DNA from: an uncultured Actinomycetota bacterium | GTDB taxonomy: Bacteria; Actinomycetota; Actinomycetes; Actinomycetales; Dermatophilaceae | DNA length: 64,000 nucleotides | NCBI GenBank assembly: GCA_963800435.1 | Contig: CAWDBE010000008.1 | Span: 397,839 to 461,838, forward strand | Reading direction: 5' to 3' | Shown here: positions 63,257 to 64,000 of the stretch, piece by piece | How positions within the stretch are numbered: the first letter of the stretch is position 1 | Layout: each line of letters opens with the position of its first letter | Notes under the pieces: generated by a model | Database searches by the model: none | Told to the model about the DNA's origin: nothing | What the model saw: only the letters and a program-made list of their open reading frames with translations | Made by a program: the position numbers and the translations under genes

Positions 63257-64000
63257 TTAGTGGGTCGTGTTTGAAGTTGTTCGACGGTTGGCTTTGGTGA
63301 GGATCTGGTCGGCGGTCTTGGTCCACACGAACGGGTGGGCGCGGTCGTTCCAGCCGTCGATGAATGAGCGGATCTTGGCGTTGAGGTCTTTGACCGAGCC
63401 GAAGCTGCCGCGGTGGATGGCTTGGCGCTCGATGATGCCGAACCAGACCTCGACCAGGTTCAGCCAGGACCCGGAGGTCGGGGTGAAGTGGACGTGGATC
63501 CGCGGGTTCGCCTCGAGCCAGGCCCGGACCTCGTCCTTCTTGTGGGTGGCGTAGTTGTCCATCACCAGGTGCAGTTCGATCGGGCGGCCCTGCTCGTCGA
63601 CGTCCTCGGGGTAGGCGCGGGCCACCTGCTTGAGGAAGGCCAGAAACTCCTGGTGCCGATGCCGCGGCTTGACCGCCCCGGTCACCTTGCCGGTGGCGAT
63701 CTCCAGCGCCGCGGACAGGGTCGTGGTGCCGTGCCGGACGTAGTCGTGGGTGCGGCGTTCGGGCAGCCCTGGCTGCATCGGCAGCATCGGCGCGGTCCGG
63801 TCCAACGCCTGGATCTGGCTCTTCTCATCGACGCACAGCACGATCGCGTTCTCCGGCGGGGCGAGGTAAAGCCCGACGACATCGGTGACCTTCGCGACGA
63901 GCTGCGGGTCGGTGGAGAACTTGAACGTCTCCACCCGCCACGGCTGCACGCCGTACTCGCGCCAGGCCGTGGCCACGGTGCGGTTACCGATGCCCAGGTG
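63257..64000 (-). CDS. IS630-family transposase (IS copy 3), N-terminus beyond window edge
   Basis: FSTDPQLVAKVTDVVGLYL...VMDNYATHK...TPTSGSWLNLVEVWFG. It is clearly related to the degenerate copy at 54725-55800 and remains open to base 64000. Confidence 0.85.
   Translation of the reverse strand, partial: HLGIGNRTVATAWREYGVQPWRVETFKFSTDPQLVAKVTDVVGLYLAPPENAIVLCVDEKSQIQALDRTAPMLPMQPGLPERRTHDYVRHGTTTLSAALEIATGKVTGAVKPRHRHQEFLAFLKQVARAYPEDVDEQGRPIELHLVMDNYATHKKDEVRAWLEANPRIHVHFTPTSGSWLNLVEVWFGIIERQAIHRGSFGSVKDLNAKIRSFIDGWNDRAHPFVWTKTADQILTKANRRTTSNTTH

Overview
High-GC (roughly 70% or more) actinobacterial chromosomal segment, with no rRNA, tRNA or CRISPR seen. Bases 1-51.6 kb are conserved core. 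In order they carry a cysteine desulfurase and mnmA, and an orphan cytidylyltransferase/oxidoreductase/SDR trio. Next come a MocR regulator divergent from a DUF1272-PNPOx fusion, ligA, and a solitary cytoplasmic vWA multidomain protein. After these lie gatCAB, ilvBNC with a leader-peptide attenuator, serA, leuB and ilvE. A gamma-glutamylation (ethanolamine/polyamine-type) catabolic cluster follows, then a frameshifted DUF559 gene flanked by 67-nt inverted repeats. The core ends with a CimA/LeuA-family synthase and a class A PBP. Bases 51.8-64 kb are accessory. They hold visibly AT-richer DNA, two toxin-antitoxin modules (one toxin frameshifted), a CGNR regulator and three IS630-family copies (one degenerate, one intact with a TA duplication, one cut by the window edge). 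A 28-38 bp direct repeat brackets 5.7 kb of this region, which also contains an ABC/FtsX transporter with two ATPases. The most unusual signal is at the DNA level. The 8-mer CGGCATAC/GTATGCCG occurs about 39 times in the first 50.4 kb, against a composition expectation of about 2. It appears in both orientations, in all reading frames (forcing rare ATA and TAT codons), is enriched in intergenic DNA, and occurs once as an inverted pair forming the post-serA hairpin. It is completely absent from the last 13.6 kb. All calls come from reading the translations and the sequence by eye; no searches were run.
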